From an uncultured Clostridiaceae bacterium (lineage in GTDB: Bacteria > Bacillota > Clostridia > Saccharofermentanales > UBA5734), in NCBI GenBank assembly GCA_942493365.1, contig OW818697.1, positions 1,634,634 to 1,698,633 on the forward strand: a stretch of DNA of 64,000 bases, given 5' to 3'. A model generated the notes under the pieces. The model did not search any database and was not told where the DNA came from. It was given only the letters and a program-made list of their open reading frames with translations. Below, piece by piece: positions 46,599 through 56,181 of this stretch. Made by a program: the position numbers and the translations under genes. Position 1 is the first letter of the stretch, and each line of letters starts with the position of its first letter.

Positions 46599-47537
46599 TT
46601 AGCTTCTTTCCGGCTTAGACCCCTGGATAAAGGCTTTGTACTTGTCGTTGCGCGCTTTGAATTCCGGCGTCTTCTTCTGCTCCGCCAGTTTGGTCTCATT
46701 GCGGTAAATGTCATCCATGTGGATCAGCTTGCCGGGGATGCTGTTGTGCGCGTGTTGCAGCTGCTCGGAATCGAAGACGAATTCCATCGTGTCGCCCTTG
46801 GTGACCAGCTTGCCCTCGATGCCGCAGACTTCGCAGATCGCCTTGCCGGTGGGGGCCAGGAAGAAGTTTCGGCTGTTGCAGTTGGAGCAGATGCCGGGTT
46901 CGCCGAGGTATTTGGCGTTGGCGATATCCTTGGCGGCATTGGCGATGTTAACGCCGATCTGGTGGCATTTTTTGACGGCTTCGTCGTCGAGGATGATCGA
47001 TTTGCTCCAGGAGAAAACGGTGTCATCAATGACCTTCCACATGGTGGTCATGGCCAGCAGATTGAGGTCTGCGGATACTTTGGTCATCCAGTCACTGCCG
47101 CCGATGGAGATGAAGCTGGTGACCTTGGGTTTCAGTTTTCGCGGATCAGGGCCGGGTTTGCCCATTTTTTCAGCGATCTTGCCGGCAACGATGTTGGTGC
47201 CAGTATCATGGCTTGGACCAAAGAGACGGTCCTGCACGACGTGCATGATGCCGGGTGTGCCCTTTTCAAAAATCGGCATGACCCAGATCACGGCATCGGC
47301 ATTCAGCAGTTTCTCGTCCAGCCATTTCTCTTCATCCTTGATGACGCAATCGCCATTGCCGCCGCTCATCAGGCTGTTGACGCAGGCAATACAGCCGGTG
47401 CAAGGCTTGAGATCGAGATCCAGCAAGCGAATGAATTCGATTTCCGCGCCGGCCTCCTGCGCGCCCATCAGCGCTTCGCGAGCCATGGCATCGTTGCTGC
47501 CGTTTTTGGTGCCTCCTGATATTGCTATAACTTTCAT
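46599..47537 (-). CDS. flavodoxin-like fold (NADPH-dependent FMN reductase / iron-sulfur flavoprotein-like) protein with a C-terminal CxxC...CxxC zinc ribbon
   Basis: MKVIAISGGTKNGSN..., LKPCTGCIAC, VIWVMPIF and the C-terminal CSNCNSRNFFLAPTGKAICEVCG. The start ATG 47537 overlaps the upstream stop (ATGA). Confidence 0.7.
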   Translation of the reverse strand: MKVIAISGGTKNGSNDAMAREALMGAQEAGAEIEFIRLLDLDLKPCTGCIACVNSLMSGGNGDCVIKDEEKWLDEKLLNADAVIWVMPIFEKGTPGIMHVVQDRLFGPSHDTGTNIVAGKIAEKMGKPGPDPRKLKPKVTSFISIGGSDWMTKVSADLNLLAMTTMWKVIDDTVFSWSKSIILDDEAVKKCHQIGVNIANAAKDIANAKYLGEPGICSNCNSRNFFLAPTGKAICEVCGIEGKLVTKGDTMEFVFDSEQLQHAHNSIPGKLIHMDDIYRNETKLAEQKKTPEFKARNDKYKAFIQGSKPERS

Positions 47538-48268
47538 AATAAATCCCCTTTCAATGTAAGCCAAGGTTTACGTTTCATTAACCATTGACAGTATTCAGTA
47601 TAGCTTCTATTGATCATCAATTCCAGCGGAAATTCGATCGAACGCAAAAGTTCCAGGGCCAGATCCACCTGGCCGACGTCGGTCGAAATGTGCGCGTCGC
47701 TGTTGACCACGATCTTGACACCGTATTTTTTGCACGCCAACGCAATCAGCCGGCAATTGTAACCGGGTTGGCAATTGGCCAGCGTGTGGTTGTTAATCTC
47801 GACGGCTTTGTCATGCTCCAGGCAAGCCTTCATGACACTGTCCAAATTGTAGGGGTATGGTCCGCGGCCGGAATGGCCGACAATATCAACATTCGGATTG
47901 GCAATCACAGCCAGCCAGGCGGCGGTGTGTTCAAAACTCGTCTTTGGCGCCAGACAGATGTCGTGAAAACTGGCAATACAAACGTCGAGTCTTTTGAGAA
48001 CGTCATCCGGCAAATCCAAGATGCCGGCATAATCGACAATGTTGGCTTCGACCCCACGCAGCACATGGACCCCATGGATTTCGCGCGGCAACGAGACCAG
48101 GTTGGCAAAGTAGATAAGACGAGGCGCGCCCTTCATCGATGGGCCGTGATCGGTGGTGGCAAAACCCTCAAGACCGTTCTGGCGACAGGATTTGGCGTAT
48201 TCTTCGATGGTACTGAAAGCATGACCGCTCATCAGTGTATGGGTGTGGGAATCAAAGGCAATGGTCAT
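47534..48268 (-). CDS. PHP-domain phosphoesterase (YcdX-like)
   Basis: FDSHTHTLMSGHA at the N-terminus, plus TDHGP, GHSGR and NSDAH metal-ligand motifs. Confidence 0.8.
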   Translation of the reverse strand: MTIAFDSHTHTLMSGHAFSTIEEYAKSCRQNGLEGFATTDHGPSMKGAPRLIYFANLVSLPREIHGVHVLRGVEANIVDYAGILDLPDDVLKRLDVCIASFHDICLAPKTSFEHTAAWLAVIANPNVDIVGHSGRGPYPYNLDSVMKACLEHDKAVEINNHTLANCQPGYNCRLIALACKKYGVKIVVNSDAHISTDVGQVDLALELLRSIEFPLELMINRSYTEYCQWLMKRKPWLTLKGDLL

Positions 48269-48304
48269 ATGATCTCAAGGTTTCCTCTCTGGACACATCT
48301 GGCG

Positions 48305-49543
48305 TCAGCCGGCGTCGGTGGCCGCTGTCACATAGGTATTATAGACAAAACCTTCCATTCCGTCCATCGTCAGAACCTTCACCCAATCGCCTTCAGGAGG
48401 GGACAGCTGGTAGAGCTTGTCGCCCGTGACCAGCGTCGCCAGCAATTTGGATTCCCGCGAGGCTGCCTGACGCAGGTTGAGCTGACTGGCATTGACCATC
48501 AGCACCGGCAAATCCAGCGCCGGCGTCACATCGGGGTTGAGCGGGTCGGCGGTCACGGTCGGCAGCGGCGCGGTCGTGCTCGACGGGGTCGTCGCGGTAT
48601 CGCCGGACTTATCGCGACCCGCCATGACCAAAGCCGCAATCACGATGATCAAGATGACGGCAAAGGCGCCCAGGCCCAGATAATACGGCAGCCACTTTTT
48701 GGGCGGTGGTTTGTGTTCGATAGGCTGCATTTCTGCCGGCGGCTCCAGCACGTCCTGCACACCCAGTTCAATCGTATCGCTTTCCGATTCTTCCGACTCA
48801 ACAGACGGCACCTTGCCGAACAACCAAGGCATCCGCTCCTTCATGGTTGGCTTTTCACCGCTGTCGGGATGATGGTCTTCCTCGTGGTGCAAAACCTCCA
48901 TGGCAAACCAGGTGATCTCATCGGCAAATCCCCGCAGCCTGGCGGTGTAAAGCAAGTCGCTCACCTTGGCCGGCTGCTGCCGCATATCCAGCAACACCTC
49001 GGCAGCCTCGTTGGCGCTGAAAAAATTGAACAGCACCGGCGGCAATAAAAACAACTGATCGTGATGATTGAGGATAATCGAAAAGTATTGCAGCATATTG
49101 CCCTTGATGTTGGCAACCGACGCATGGGCATCGCGCGGCGCAGCCGGGCGCAACCGCCGCAGCTCGCCATCCCTGAAAAGGTAAAAGCCCAAATCCACCG
49201 GCAACCAGGCCTGCAAACGTCGGTCATCAAGGACAATCAGCCATTCGGGCGTCATGTGGTATTGATGCAGCAAGCCATTGAGTTCGTGGCCTTGACGTTT
49301 GGACAAAATTTTGAAAAATTCCTGCCAAACCGACACGATTTGCTGTTGTTTGATCATCGAGGCCGATGATGACTGTCCGGCGTCCTTGATGGCCACCATC
49401 AGCTGCATCGGCCGATGCGTTGTTTGGACGTGGGTGCGTTGCGAAGTTGAGGACAGCATGCCCAGGAGTGTACCATTGACCAGAAAACTGGTGTTCTGCG
49501 CGTCCTGCGAACAGATGCTCAAGGTCAAAGCCATTCGAATCAA
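48305..49543 (-). CDS. membrane protein with a degenerate PP2C-like cytoplasmic region, one TM segment and an extracytoplasmic SH3b domain
   Basis: TM segment WLPYYLGLGAFAVILIIVIAALVMAG, a Thr/Pro linker, and the C-terminal VNASQLNLRQAASRESKLLATLVTGDKLYQL...DWVKVLTMDGMEGFVYNTYV (bacterial SH3 pattern). The N-terminal assignment is weak. Confidence 0.5.
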   Translation of the reverse strand: MIRMALTLSICSQDAQNTSFLVNGTLLGMLSSTSQRTHVQTTHRPMQLMVAIKDAGQSSSASMIKQQQIVSVWQEFFKILSKRQGHELNGLLHQYHMTPEWLIVLDDRRLQAWLPVDLGFYLFRDGELRRLRPAAPRDAHASVANIKGNMLQYFSIILNHHDQLFLLPPVLFNFFSANEAAEVLLDMRQQPAKVSDLLYTARLRGFADEITWFAMEVLHHEEDHHPDSGEKPTMKERMPWLFGKVPSVESEESESDTIELGVQDVLEPPAEMQPIEHKPPPKKWLPYYLGLGAFAVILIIVIAALVMAGRDKSGDTATTPSSTTAPLPTVTADPLNPDVTPALDLPVLMVNASQLNLRQAASRESKLLATLVTGDKLYQLSPPEGDWVKVLTMDGMEGFVYNTYVTAATDAG

Positions 49544-49609
49544 AGCAAGGCCTCCCTGTTTTGGAAATAGTCATGATTATTGTAGCGTAAAATTGAGATA
49601 ATGCCCAGC

Positions 49610-50446
49610 TTATTTGTAAATTCGGCTCTTTTTGTAAACAATATTGCCCGAACCACCGTCTGACCGCTGCAGCCGTGTGGCGATTCGCTTGGCGACAAAG
49701 ACGCCCTCGCCGCCAAATTTGAAGGGGATATCGTCGACCTGGCCGGTCATGATATCGTCACAGACCCCGATCACCGAGGCGATCAGGTCGAGCGGCGCTT
49801 CGCCGTCGCGATGGGAGAGGTAAATTTTGACGTACAAACCCTGGGTCTTCGCCTGAAGGTCAAGCATATTTTCACGGTATTCCTCGACGCTCGGGCATCT
49901 TTCGTCAAACAGAAAGGTCAGCGGATTGCAGGCGTCGCCCAACAGCAGCGCCCGCTCTTCCCGCAGCAGCACCGCGACCGAACCCGGCGAATGGCCGGCG
50001 GCCGCGAAGATTTCCAGCGACAGGCCGCCCAGGTCGAAAACGTCGCCCGGCCGCATCGCATGGTAAGCGAAAGGCCGCGCCGGCTGGTAGTCAGCGTCTG
50101 GGATCAGCTCGAGCTTTTTGCCGATCATGCGGTTCATATAGTGCTTTCGCCGTTCCATCATGCTGTGGCTTTTGAACACCGCATCGTCGGCCGGATTCAG
50201 ATAGACCTCATCAAAAGCCGCTGCCCCCAGCGCATGATCCATGTGACCATGCGTGATCAGCACGATCAGCGGCTTGCCCGTCAACCCAGCGACAAAGCCC
50301 CGCAAGTCGCCGACACCGACGCCCGTGTCTAAGAGCGCCGCCCGTGTCTCGCCCTCGGCCAGGTACATCAATTCGCCGGCCACACCGGCAATGCGCGTGA
50401 CGCGGTCGGTCAGTCGCGTTGCTTTAAAGTAGGTTAAGTCATTCAT
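49610..50446 (-). CDS. MBL-fold metallo-hydrolase
   Basis: ALLDTGVG and the ITHGHMDHALG (HxHxDH) motif. Confidence 0.85.
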   Translation of the reverse strand: MNDLTYFKATRLTDRVTRIAGVAGELMYLAEGETRAALLDTGVGVGDLRGFVAGLTGKPLIVLITHGHMDHALGAAAFDEVYLNPADDAVFKSHSMMERRKHYMNRMIGKKLELIPDADYQPARPFAYHAMRPGDVFDLGGLSLEIFAAAGHSPGSVAVLLREERALLLGDACNPLTFLFDERCPSVEEYRENMLDLQAKTQGLYVKIYLSHRDGEAPLDLIASVIGVCDDIMTGQVDDIPFKFGGEGVFVAKRIATRLQRSDGGSGNIVYKKSRIYK

Positions 50447-50533
50447 GGCATTATCATAACATTGACCGCCACCGGAAGAAAAGACACTTTAAAACTGTTA
50501 TAATAGAAACAATAATCTGAGTGCTGTATCGAG

Positions 50534-53074
50534 GTGATTGTTTTGCCAATTCCCGATGACCTCAAGTATTGGAGCCTGCCCCAAGCCGATGTTTTGACCA
50601 GATACCAGACCTCGCCGGACGGTCTGACCGCCCGGGAAGCCGTTGCGCGGCAAAAAACATTCGGCGACAACGCTATTAAATCGCAGGGCAAAACAGCGCC
50701 GCTGCTGCTGCTGCTCAGCCAGTTTAAAAATCCGATCATCCTGATCATGATCATCGCCACCCTGATTTCCGGGCTAACCGGAGACTGGTTGGATTCGCTG
50801 ATCATTTTGGCCATTGTCCTGGGCAGCGTCATTTTGAGTTTTCTGCAAGAGTACAGCGCCAGCAACGCCATTGAGAAATTGCGCTCTCAAGTACAGATCA
50901 AATCAACCGTGCTGCGGGACGGCCAGACCATTGAAATTCCGACCCGCGCGCTGGTGCCGGGTGACATCGTCAGGCTTTCGGCCGGCAGCCTGATCCCGGC
51001 AGATGGCCTGATCCTGGCCTGTGACGACCTGCATGTCAACCAGTCCATTTTGACCGGAGAGGCCTTCCCCGTCGACAAAAACACCGACATCGTCGCCGAA
51101 GACGCCAATCTCAGCCAACGCGAAAACTGCGTCTTCATGGGCACCAACGTGCACAGCGGCATTGCCACCATGCTGGTGACGCTGACCGGCGGCAAAACCG
51201 AATTTGGCCAAATCGCTGGTCAACTGGCCCTGCGTCAGCCCGAAACCGAATTTGAACGCGGCGTTCGCCATTTTGGCTATTTGCTGACCGAAATGATGCT
51301 GATCCTGACCCTAGCCGTTTTCGCCATCAACGTCATCTTCAACCGGCCGGCCATCGATTCGCTGCTCTTCTCGGTCGCCCTGGCCGTCGGCATCACGCCG
51401 CAGCTGCTGCCAGCCATTATCAACGTCACGCTGTCCAAAGGCTCGCGCACCATGGCCAAGGAAGGCGTCATAGTCCGCCACCTGACCGCCATCGAAAACT
51501 TCGGCAGCATGGATGTCCTGTGCACCGACAAGACCGGTACTCTGACCGAAGGCATCGTCCGCCTCGATGGTGCGGTCGATCTCGACGGCCAGTCCGCCGA
51601 CGCCGTCTTTCGGCTGGCCTTGCTCAATGCCCGCCTGCAGACCGGCCTGGTCAATTCACTGGATGAGGCAATCATCGCCTACCAGGACCTTGACCTCGGC
51701 AAGACCGTCAAGCAGGGCGAAATCCCCTACGACTTTACCCGCAAAAGACTGAGTGTGATCGTCACCGATAGTCAGAGCTGCGATCTGATCGTCAAAGGTG
51801 CCCTCAGCCATGTGCTTGATGTTTGCACCCAGGCCCAAACCAGCACCGCGGTCAAACCACTGGACGCCGAACGGTTGGCCGGCATTCAGCAACGCTTTGC
51901 CGATTGGAGCAATCAGGGTTACCGCGTTCTGGGCATCGCTCACAAGACTGTTCCGACGCAGGACAAATACGACGTCACAGACGAAAACGCCCTGATTTTC
52001 GTCGGCTTTTTGCTGTTTCTCGATCCTCCCAAGTCCGATGCCGCCGCTACCATCGCCGAACTCAGCCGCAAAGGCGTTCAGCTGCGCATCATCACCGGTG
52101 ACAACCAGCTGGTGGCCATTCACACCGCCAAGACCGTCGGTCTCGAGGTCACCGGCATCATGACCGGCAACGATATCGCCAAACTCAGCGACGAAGCTCT
52201 GCGCAAAGTGGCAGAGACCGTCAATCTTTTCGCCGAGTTTGATCCCACTCAGAAAGAACGCATTATTCTGGCGCTCAAAAAGAACAATCACGTCGTCGGT
52301 TATATGGGCGACGGTATCAACGACGCCCCCGCGCTGCACGCTGCCGATGTCAGCATTTCGGTCAACACCGCCGTCGACGTCGCCAAAGAAGCCGCCGATT
52401 TTGTTCTGCTCGAGAAAAGCCTCGACGTCCTCAAACGCGGCATCGAACTGGGCCGCGCCACCTTTGCCAACACCCTGAAATACATCAACATCACCACCAG
52501 CGCCAACTTCGGCAACATGTTCAGCATGGCCGGAGCCTCGCTCTTTATGCCCTTTTTGCCCCTCCTGCCCAAGCAGATCCTGCTGATCAACTTCATGACC
52601 GATTTCCCCGCCATGACCTTGGCCAACGACAGCGTTGACCCCGAGATGGTCAGCAAACCCCGCCGCTGGGACATCAAGCTCATCCGTAATTTTATGTTTT
52701 CCTTCGGCCTGATCAGCTCGGTCTTTGATTACCTGACTTTCGGCGTGCTCCTCTGGGGCTTCAAAGCCCCAGAACAGCTCTTCCAGAGTGGTTGGTTCAT
52801 CCTGTCCATCATCACCGAGCTTTTGGTCCTCATCGTCATGCGCACGCGCAAGCCCTTCTTTAAAAGCAAACCTGCACCCGTGCTGCTTTTCTCAACCATT
52901 GGCGTCGGCATTGTTACCCTGCTCCTGCCCTACCTGCCGATGCAGACCATCCTCGGTATTACGCCCATCCCGCCGCTGACCCTCCTGGCCCTGCTCGGTA
53001 TCGCTGTGCTCTACATCGTGACCACCGAGGTTGGCAAGCACTTTTTCTACAAGACCAAAACCGCCCGCCGTTAA
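50534..53074 (+). CDS. mgtA: magnesium-translocating P-type ATPase
   Basis: TGEAFPV, phosphorylation site CTDKTGTLT, ITGDN, MGDGINDAPAL, and 10-TM architecture. The alternative TTG 50543 lies 8 nt after GAGG. Confidence 0.9.
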   Translation: MIVLPIPDDLKYWSLPQADVLTRYQTSPDGLTAREAVARQKTFGDNAIKSQGKTAPLLLLLSQFKNPIILIMIIATLISGLTGDWLDSLIILAIVLGSVILSFLQEYSASNAIEKLRSQVQIKSTVLRDGQTIEIPTRALVPGDIVRLSAGSLIPADGLILACDDLHVNQSILTGEAFPVDKNTDIVAEDANLSQRENCVFMGTNVHSGIATMLVTLTGGKTEFGQIAGQLALRQPETEFERGVRHFGYLLTEMMLILTLAVFAINVIFNRPAIDSLLFSVALAVGITPQLLPAIINVTLSKGSRTMAKEGVIVRHLTAIENFGSMDVLCTDKTGTLTEGIVRLDGAVDLDGQSADAVFRLALLNARLQTGLVNSLDEAIIAYQDLDLGKTVKQGEIPYDFTRKRLSVIVTDSQSCDLIVKGALSHVLDVCTQAQTSTAVKPLDAERLAGIQQRFADWSNQGYRVLGIAHKTVPTQDKYDVTDENALIFVGFLLFLDPPKSDAAATIAELSRKGVQLRIITGDNQLVAIHTAKTVGLEVTGIMTGNDIAKLSDEALRKVAETVNLFAEFDPTQKERIILALKKNNHVVGYMGDGINDAPALHAADVSISVNTAVDVAKEAADFVLLEKSLDVLKRGIELGRATFANTLKYINITTSANFGNMFSMAGASLFMPFLPLLPKQILLINFMTDFPAMTLANDSVDPEMVSKPRRWDIKLIRNFMFSFGLISSVFDYLTFGVLLWGFKAPEQLFQSGWFILSIITELLVLIVMRTRKPFFKSKPAPVLLFSTIGVGIVTLLLPYLPMQTILGITPIPPLTLLALLGIAVLYIVTTEVGKHFFYKTKTARR

Positions 53075-53086
53075 GATTTCCCAATT

Positions 53087-53114
53087 CCCTCCCAAAGCGA
53101 CCTCATCCTGCGTA
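53087..53114 (+). promoter_or_regulatory. possible sigma-I-type autoregulated promoter
   Basis: A C-rich -35-like CCCTCCC (53087-53093), 17 nt, then CGTA (53111-53114). This resembles the remembered sigma-I pattern (CCC-rich -35, CGWA -10), but I am unsure of the spacing. Confidence 0.25.
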
Positions 53115-53162
53115 TGATAGTAGTAGAGGATCCTCAACGATTATCAGCCAAGGAGGCGGCCC

Positions 53163-53885
53163 ATGTTTCGACGACCCAGTCAGCCCGAAGCGCTGATCGA
53201 AAAAATTCAGGCGGGCGATGAAACCTTGCGCAATCAGTTCATCGCCGAGAGCGTGCCCGAGATCAAGCATTGGGTTCGTCGAATCACCCATTCATATTTC
53301 GCAGAACAGGAAGATGAATTCAGTGTCGCCCTGGATGGTTTCAACCAGGCGATCAGCCGCTTCAGCAGCAGCCTGGATGTCCCGTTTTACAGTTATGCCA
53401 ACATGCTGGTCAAACACCGCCTGTTTGACTGGATGCGGCGCGACAAGCACAATCGCAACACCCGCGTTTTTTCCGACTGCGACTCGGAAGACGGCATCCC
53501 CATCGAGGAGCGTTTAGCTGACCCCCAAAGCGAACAGTTCGGACACGATTTGGAAATCAACGAATCCTTGTTGCAACTCGAGATCCATCTTCAGTCGTTT
53601 GGCTTCAGCCTCAATCAGATCACCGGCCGGTTTCCCAAACACCGCCCCAGCCAAATGTTCTGCATTCAGGCTGCTCGCCATCTGTCGAGCGATCAAACGC
53701 TCATGGTCCGCCTCATGGCCATGCATCGTCTGCCCGGTGCCGAATTGGCCAAACGGTGTCAGGTCTCGGTCAAAACGATCGAAAAAAACCGCTCCAGCAT
53801 TATCCTGCTGGCCCTCTTGATGCGCAGCGATCTTGAACTGATCCACAGCTATATCTCGGCTTTCGAAAAGGAGGCACAACAATGA
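53163..53885 (+). CDS. sigI: RNA polymerase sigma factor SigI
   Basis: LIEKIQAGDETLRNQFIAE...PEIKHWVRRIT...DEFSVALDGFNQAI..F.......F.SYANMLVKHRLFDWMR, the typical SigI N-terminus. It is followed by an RsgI gene with an ATGA overlap. Confidence 0.85.
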   Translation: MFRRPSQPEALIEKIQAGDETLRNQFIAESVPEIKHWVRRITHSYFAEQEDEFSVALDGFNQAISRFSSSLDVPFYSYANMLVKHRLFDWMRRDKHNRNTRVFSDCDSEDGIPIEERLADPQSEQFGHDLEINESLLQLEIHLQSFGFSLNQITGRFPKHRPSQMFCIQAARHLSSDQTLMVRLMAMHRLPGAELAKRCQVSVKTIEKNRSSIILLALLMRSDLELIHSYISAFEKEAQQ

Positions 53886-54850
53886 AAACAGGAACAATCG
53901 TTGGCATTGACCGTAAACACGCCCACGTCTTTACGTCCGATTGCCGCATGGTCAAACTTCAATGGCAGCCAGACATGGTTGTTGGAAAGGAAATTATGAT
54001 GGAACCCACAAACATTACCCCCGCCCCGGTTGCGCGCAACCGTCGTCTGCAATTTTCGCTGGCCGCCGCCTGCCTGGTGCTGCTGCTGGTCGTCGGTCTG
54101 ATCTTTGGCCAAGGCCTCATCACCAGCCCGGTTTACGCCACCCTGTCGATCGACGTCAACCCCAGCCTCGAGCTTTCGCTCGATCGCGACCTGAACGTCC
54201 TGTCGGTCAAGGCCCTGAACGACGATGCCACGCAGCTGCTGGCCGGGCACAACCTGACCGGCCTCTACTGGCAGGATGCCGTCAACACCTGGGCCGAAAT
54301 CCTCAAGGCCAGCAACCAGGTCCAGGTCGATACCATGCTGATTTCCGCCGTCATGCCCGAGGATGCCATTCAGCTCAAAACGCAGCTGCTCGCCATGGAA
54401 GGCACCGTCAACCAAGGCGTGCTATCCAACATCGAAGTCCGCGCCATTTACTCCAATGATGCAGCGCTCGTCGGCCAGGCCAGCCAAAACGGCCTCTCGA
54501 TCGGTCGGCAGATGCTCCTGAATCAAGCCCTGGTCCAAAATCAAAACTGGGATGAGAACAGCATCGAAAATGCCCCTTTGGGCGAGCTGATCCAAAACCT
54601 CTTACAAAATCAAGAGCAAAACCAGACCGGTATCGGCGGCAAGACGACTCAGTCCGCCGCGGAACAAACTGGTGCCTCGACCGGCATCACCGAAACCAAC
54701 CGCGAGACCAATGGCAGCGCCCAACAAACCAACGGCAGCCAAACCAATGGCAGCGCCCAACAGACCAGCCATGCGTCCAGTTCGAGTTCTTCCGCCCCAA
54801 GTAGCCAAAGCCAGCAGACCTCTCAAATCAAGCAATCTTCAGGTCATTAA
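53882..54850 (+). CDS. rsgI: anti-sigma-I factor RsgI (N-terminal RsgI_N domain, one TM segment, short extracytoplasmic region with a Q/S/T/N-rich tail)
   Basis: MKTGTIVGIDRKHAHVFTSDCRMVKL is RsgI_N-like. TM segment LAAACLVLLLVVGLIFG. The tail contains a 20-nt exact duplication (54707-54726 = 54743-54762). Confidence 0.8.
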   Translation: MKTGTIVGIDRKHAHVFTSDCRMVKLQWQPDMVVGKEIMMEPTNITPAPVARNRRLQFSLAAACLVLLLVVGLIFGQGLITSPVYATLSIDVNPSLELSLDRDLNVLSVKALNDDATQLLAGHNLTGLYWQDAVNTWAEILKASNQVQVDTMLISAVMPEDAIQLKTQLLAMEGTVNQGVLSNIEVRAIYSNDAALVGQASQNGLSIGRQMLLNQALVQNQNWDENSIENAPLGELIQNLLQNQEQNQTGIGGKTTQSAAEQTGASTGITETNRETNGSAQQTNGSQTNGSAQQTSHASSSSSSAPSSQSQQTSQIKQSSGH

Positions 54851-54947
54851 TCCTGCAAAAACCTCTTGGACAAAAGGGGGCAGTTCGCTGTCCCTTTTTT
54901 GTGCCAAAATCACAGACAGATCGCTTCAATCAAACTATAATTTGAAT

Positions 54948-55538
54948 ATGAATATTGTACAGCACATCAAAATGTTTGATCTCATCGCACCCATTTATGG
55001 GTGGTTTTTTCAATATCAAGTCAAAAACTATCGACGGATTGTCAGCAAAAACCAAGTCTTTTTTCTTGATGCTAAAAAAGTGCTGGATCTCGGTTGCGGG
55101 ACCGGCGCACTATGTTCTGTGCTCGCAGAGCAAGGTCTTTCGGTGACCGGCCTTGATGGCTCACCGAAAATGATTCGCCTGGCCAAGCGCCTCAACCAAG
55201 GCAATACCGCGGCATTCAAAGTTGGCAACGCCCTGTCCCTTGACACGACAGAATTGTCCTATGACATCGTCGTTGCCAGTTACGTGCTACATGGTCTGCC
55301 CCAAGAGCAGCGAATGCAGTTGTACCGCAAGATGAAAAGCCTGGCCACCCGGCGCGTGATCATTATGGACTACAATCAAAAGCGCGGCCTGCTGACCAGC
55401 CTGATCGAATGGATCGAACGCGGCGATTACTTCGACTTCATTCGCTCGGCCGAAACGGAAATGCGGCAGATTTTCCCAAGCGTCGAGGTCATCCAGACCG
55501 GCAAACGGGCGGCCTGGTATATTTGCAATCTAGATTAA
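54948..55538 (+). CDS. class I SAM-dependent methyltransferase
   Basis: VLDLGCGTGAL (motif I) and VVASYVLHGL. The start is set to ATG 54948, because the ORF-track start 54672 overlaps rsgI. Confidence 0.8.
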   Translation: MNIVQHIKMFDLIAPIYGWFFQYQVKNYRRIVSKNQVFFLDAKKVLDLGCGTGALCSVLAEQGLSVTGLDGSPKMIRLAKRLNQGNTAAFKVGNALSLDTTELSYDIVVASYVLHGLPQEQRMQLYRKMKSLATRRVIIMDYNQKRGLLTSLIEWIERGDYFDFIRSAETEMRQIFPSVEVIQTGKRAAWYICNLD

Positions 55539-55539
55539 C

Positions 55540-56163
55540 TCATTCCTTTGGCTTATCGCCATCCTCATGATTAAATTCGTAATTTCTTTTACGGTACTCA
55601 TAGAGCGAATCGAGAACATTCATCGATTCAATTTCTGGGTTTCTTAAATCTTCGAAAAGCTCCTGACATTTTTGCGTACTGATCCCGGTCATCTGAAAAA
55701 TCGCTTCACGCACCGCGTCAACATCAAGCAAGTTGTGGCTGGAGAGCGGTGTCATGTCAAAACCCGTTTCCTTGATCGCCGTGGCTCGCAGTACAATGAC
55801 ACAGCCCGGGATGCTGCCCTGCAGCAGCAGCTTGGCATTGCTCGTAAACCGCGCCGACAGCAGGCTCTCGTTGACCACCCGGTCGAGCGATTCGGCATTG
55901 TCCTGACTGCGAATGTACGGAATGAAGCCAACCGTTCTTTTGCTTTTGAAAATATACACGCTAATCAACATTTCATGCAACGGATGCAGAATCCAGTCAT
56001 CGATGCTCATCGTCAAAGCCAGCGCCGCCGCCAGCTGTTTGGCCGCAATAGCAGCACGATCCATGTGCCCTCTCTCCAATTCCAGAACGCCATACTTGAT
56101 CCGCATAATTTTGAGCACATCCCTTTCCGAAAGTGTATCAATAATTATTACGGACAATTGCAT
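55540..56163 (-). CDS. hypothetical protein (no family recognised)
   Basis: Open frame of 207 aa, with an alternative start at ATG 56103 (MRIKYG). It is convergent with the methyltransferase, with a 1-nt gap. Its composition is intermediate between the core and the island. Confidence 0.45.
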   Translation of the reverse strand: MQLSVIIIDTLSERDVLKIMRIKYGVLELERGHMDRAAIAAKQLAAALALTMSIDDWILHPLHEMLISVYIFKSKRTVGFIPYIRSQDNAESLDRVVNESLLSARFTSNAKLLLQGSIPGCVIVLRATAIKETGFDMTPLSSHNLLDVDAVREAIFQMTGISTQKCQELFEDLRNPEIESMNVLDSLYEYRKRNYEFNHEDGDKPKE

Positions 56164-56181
56164 AAAAGAATTAGCAGGAAC

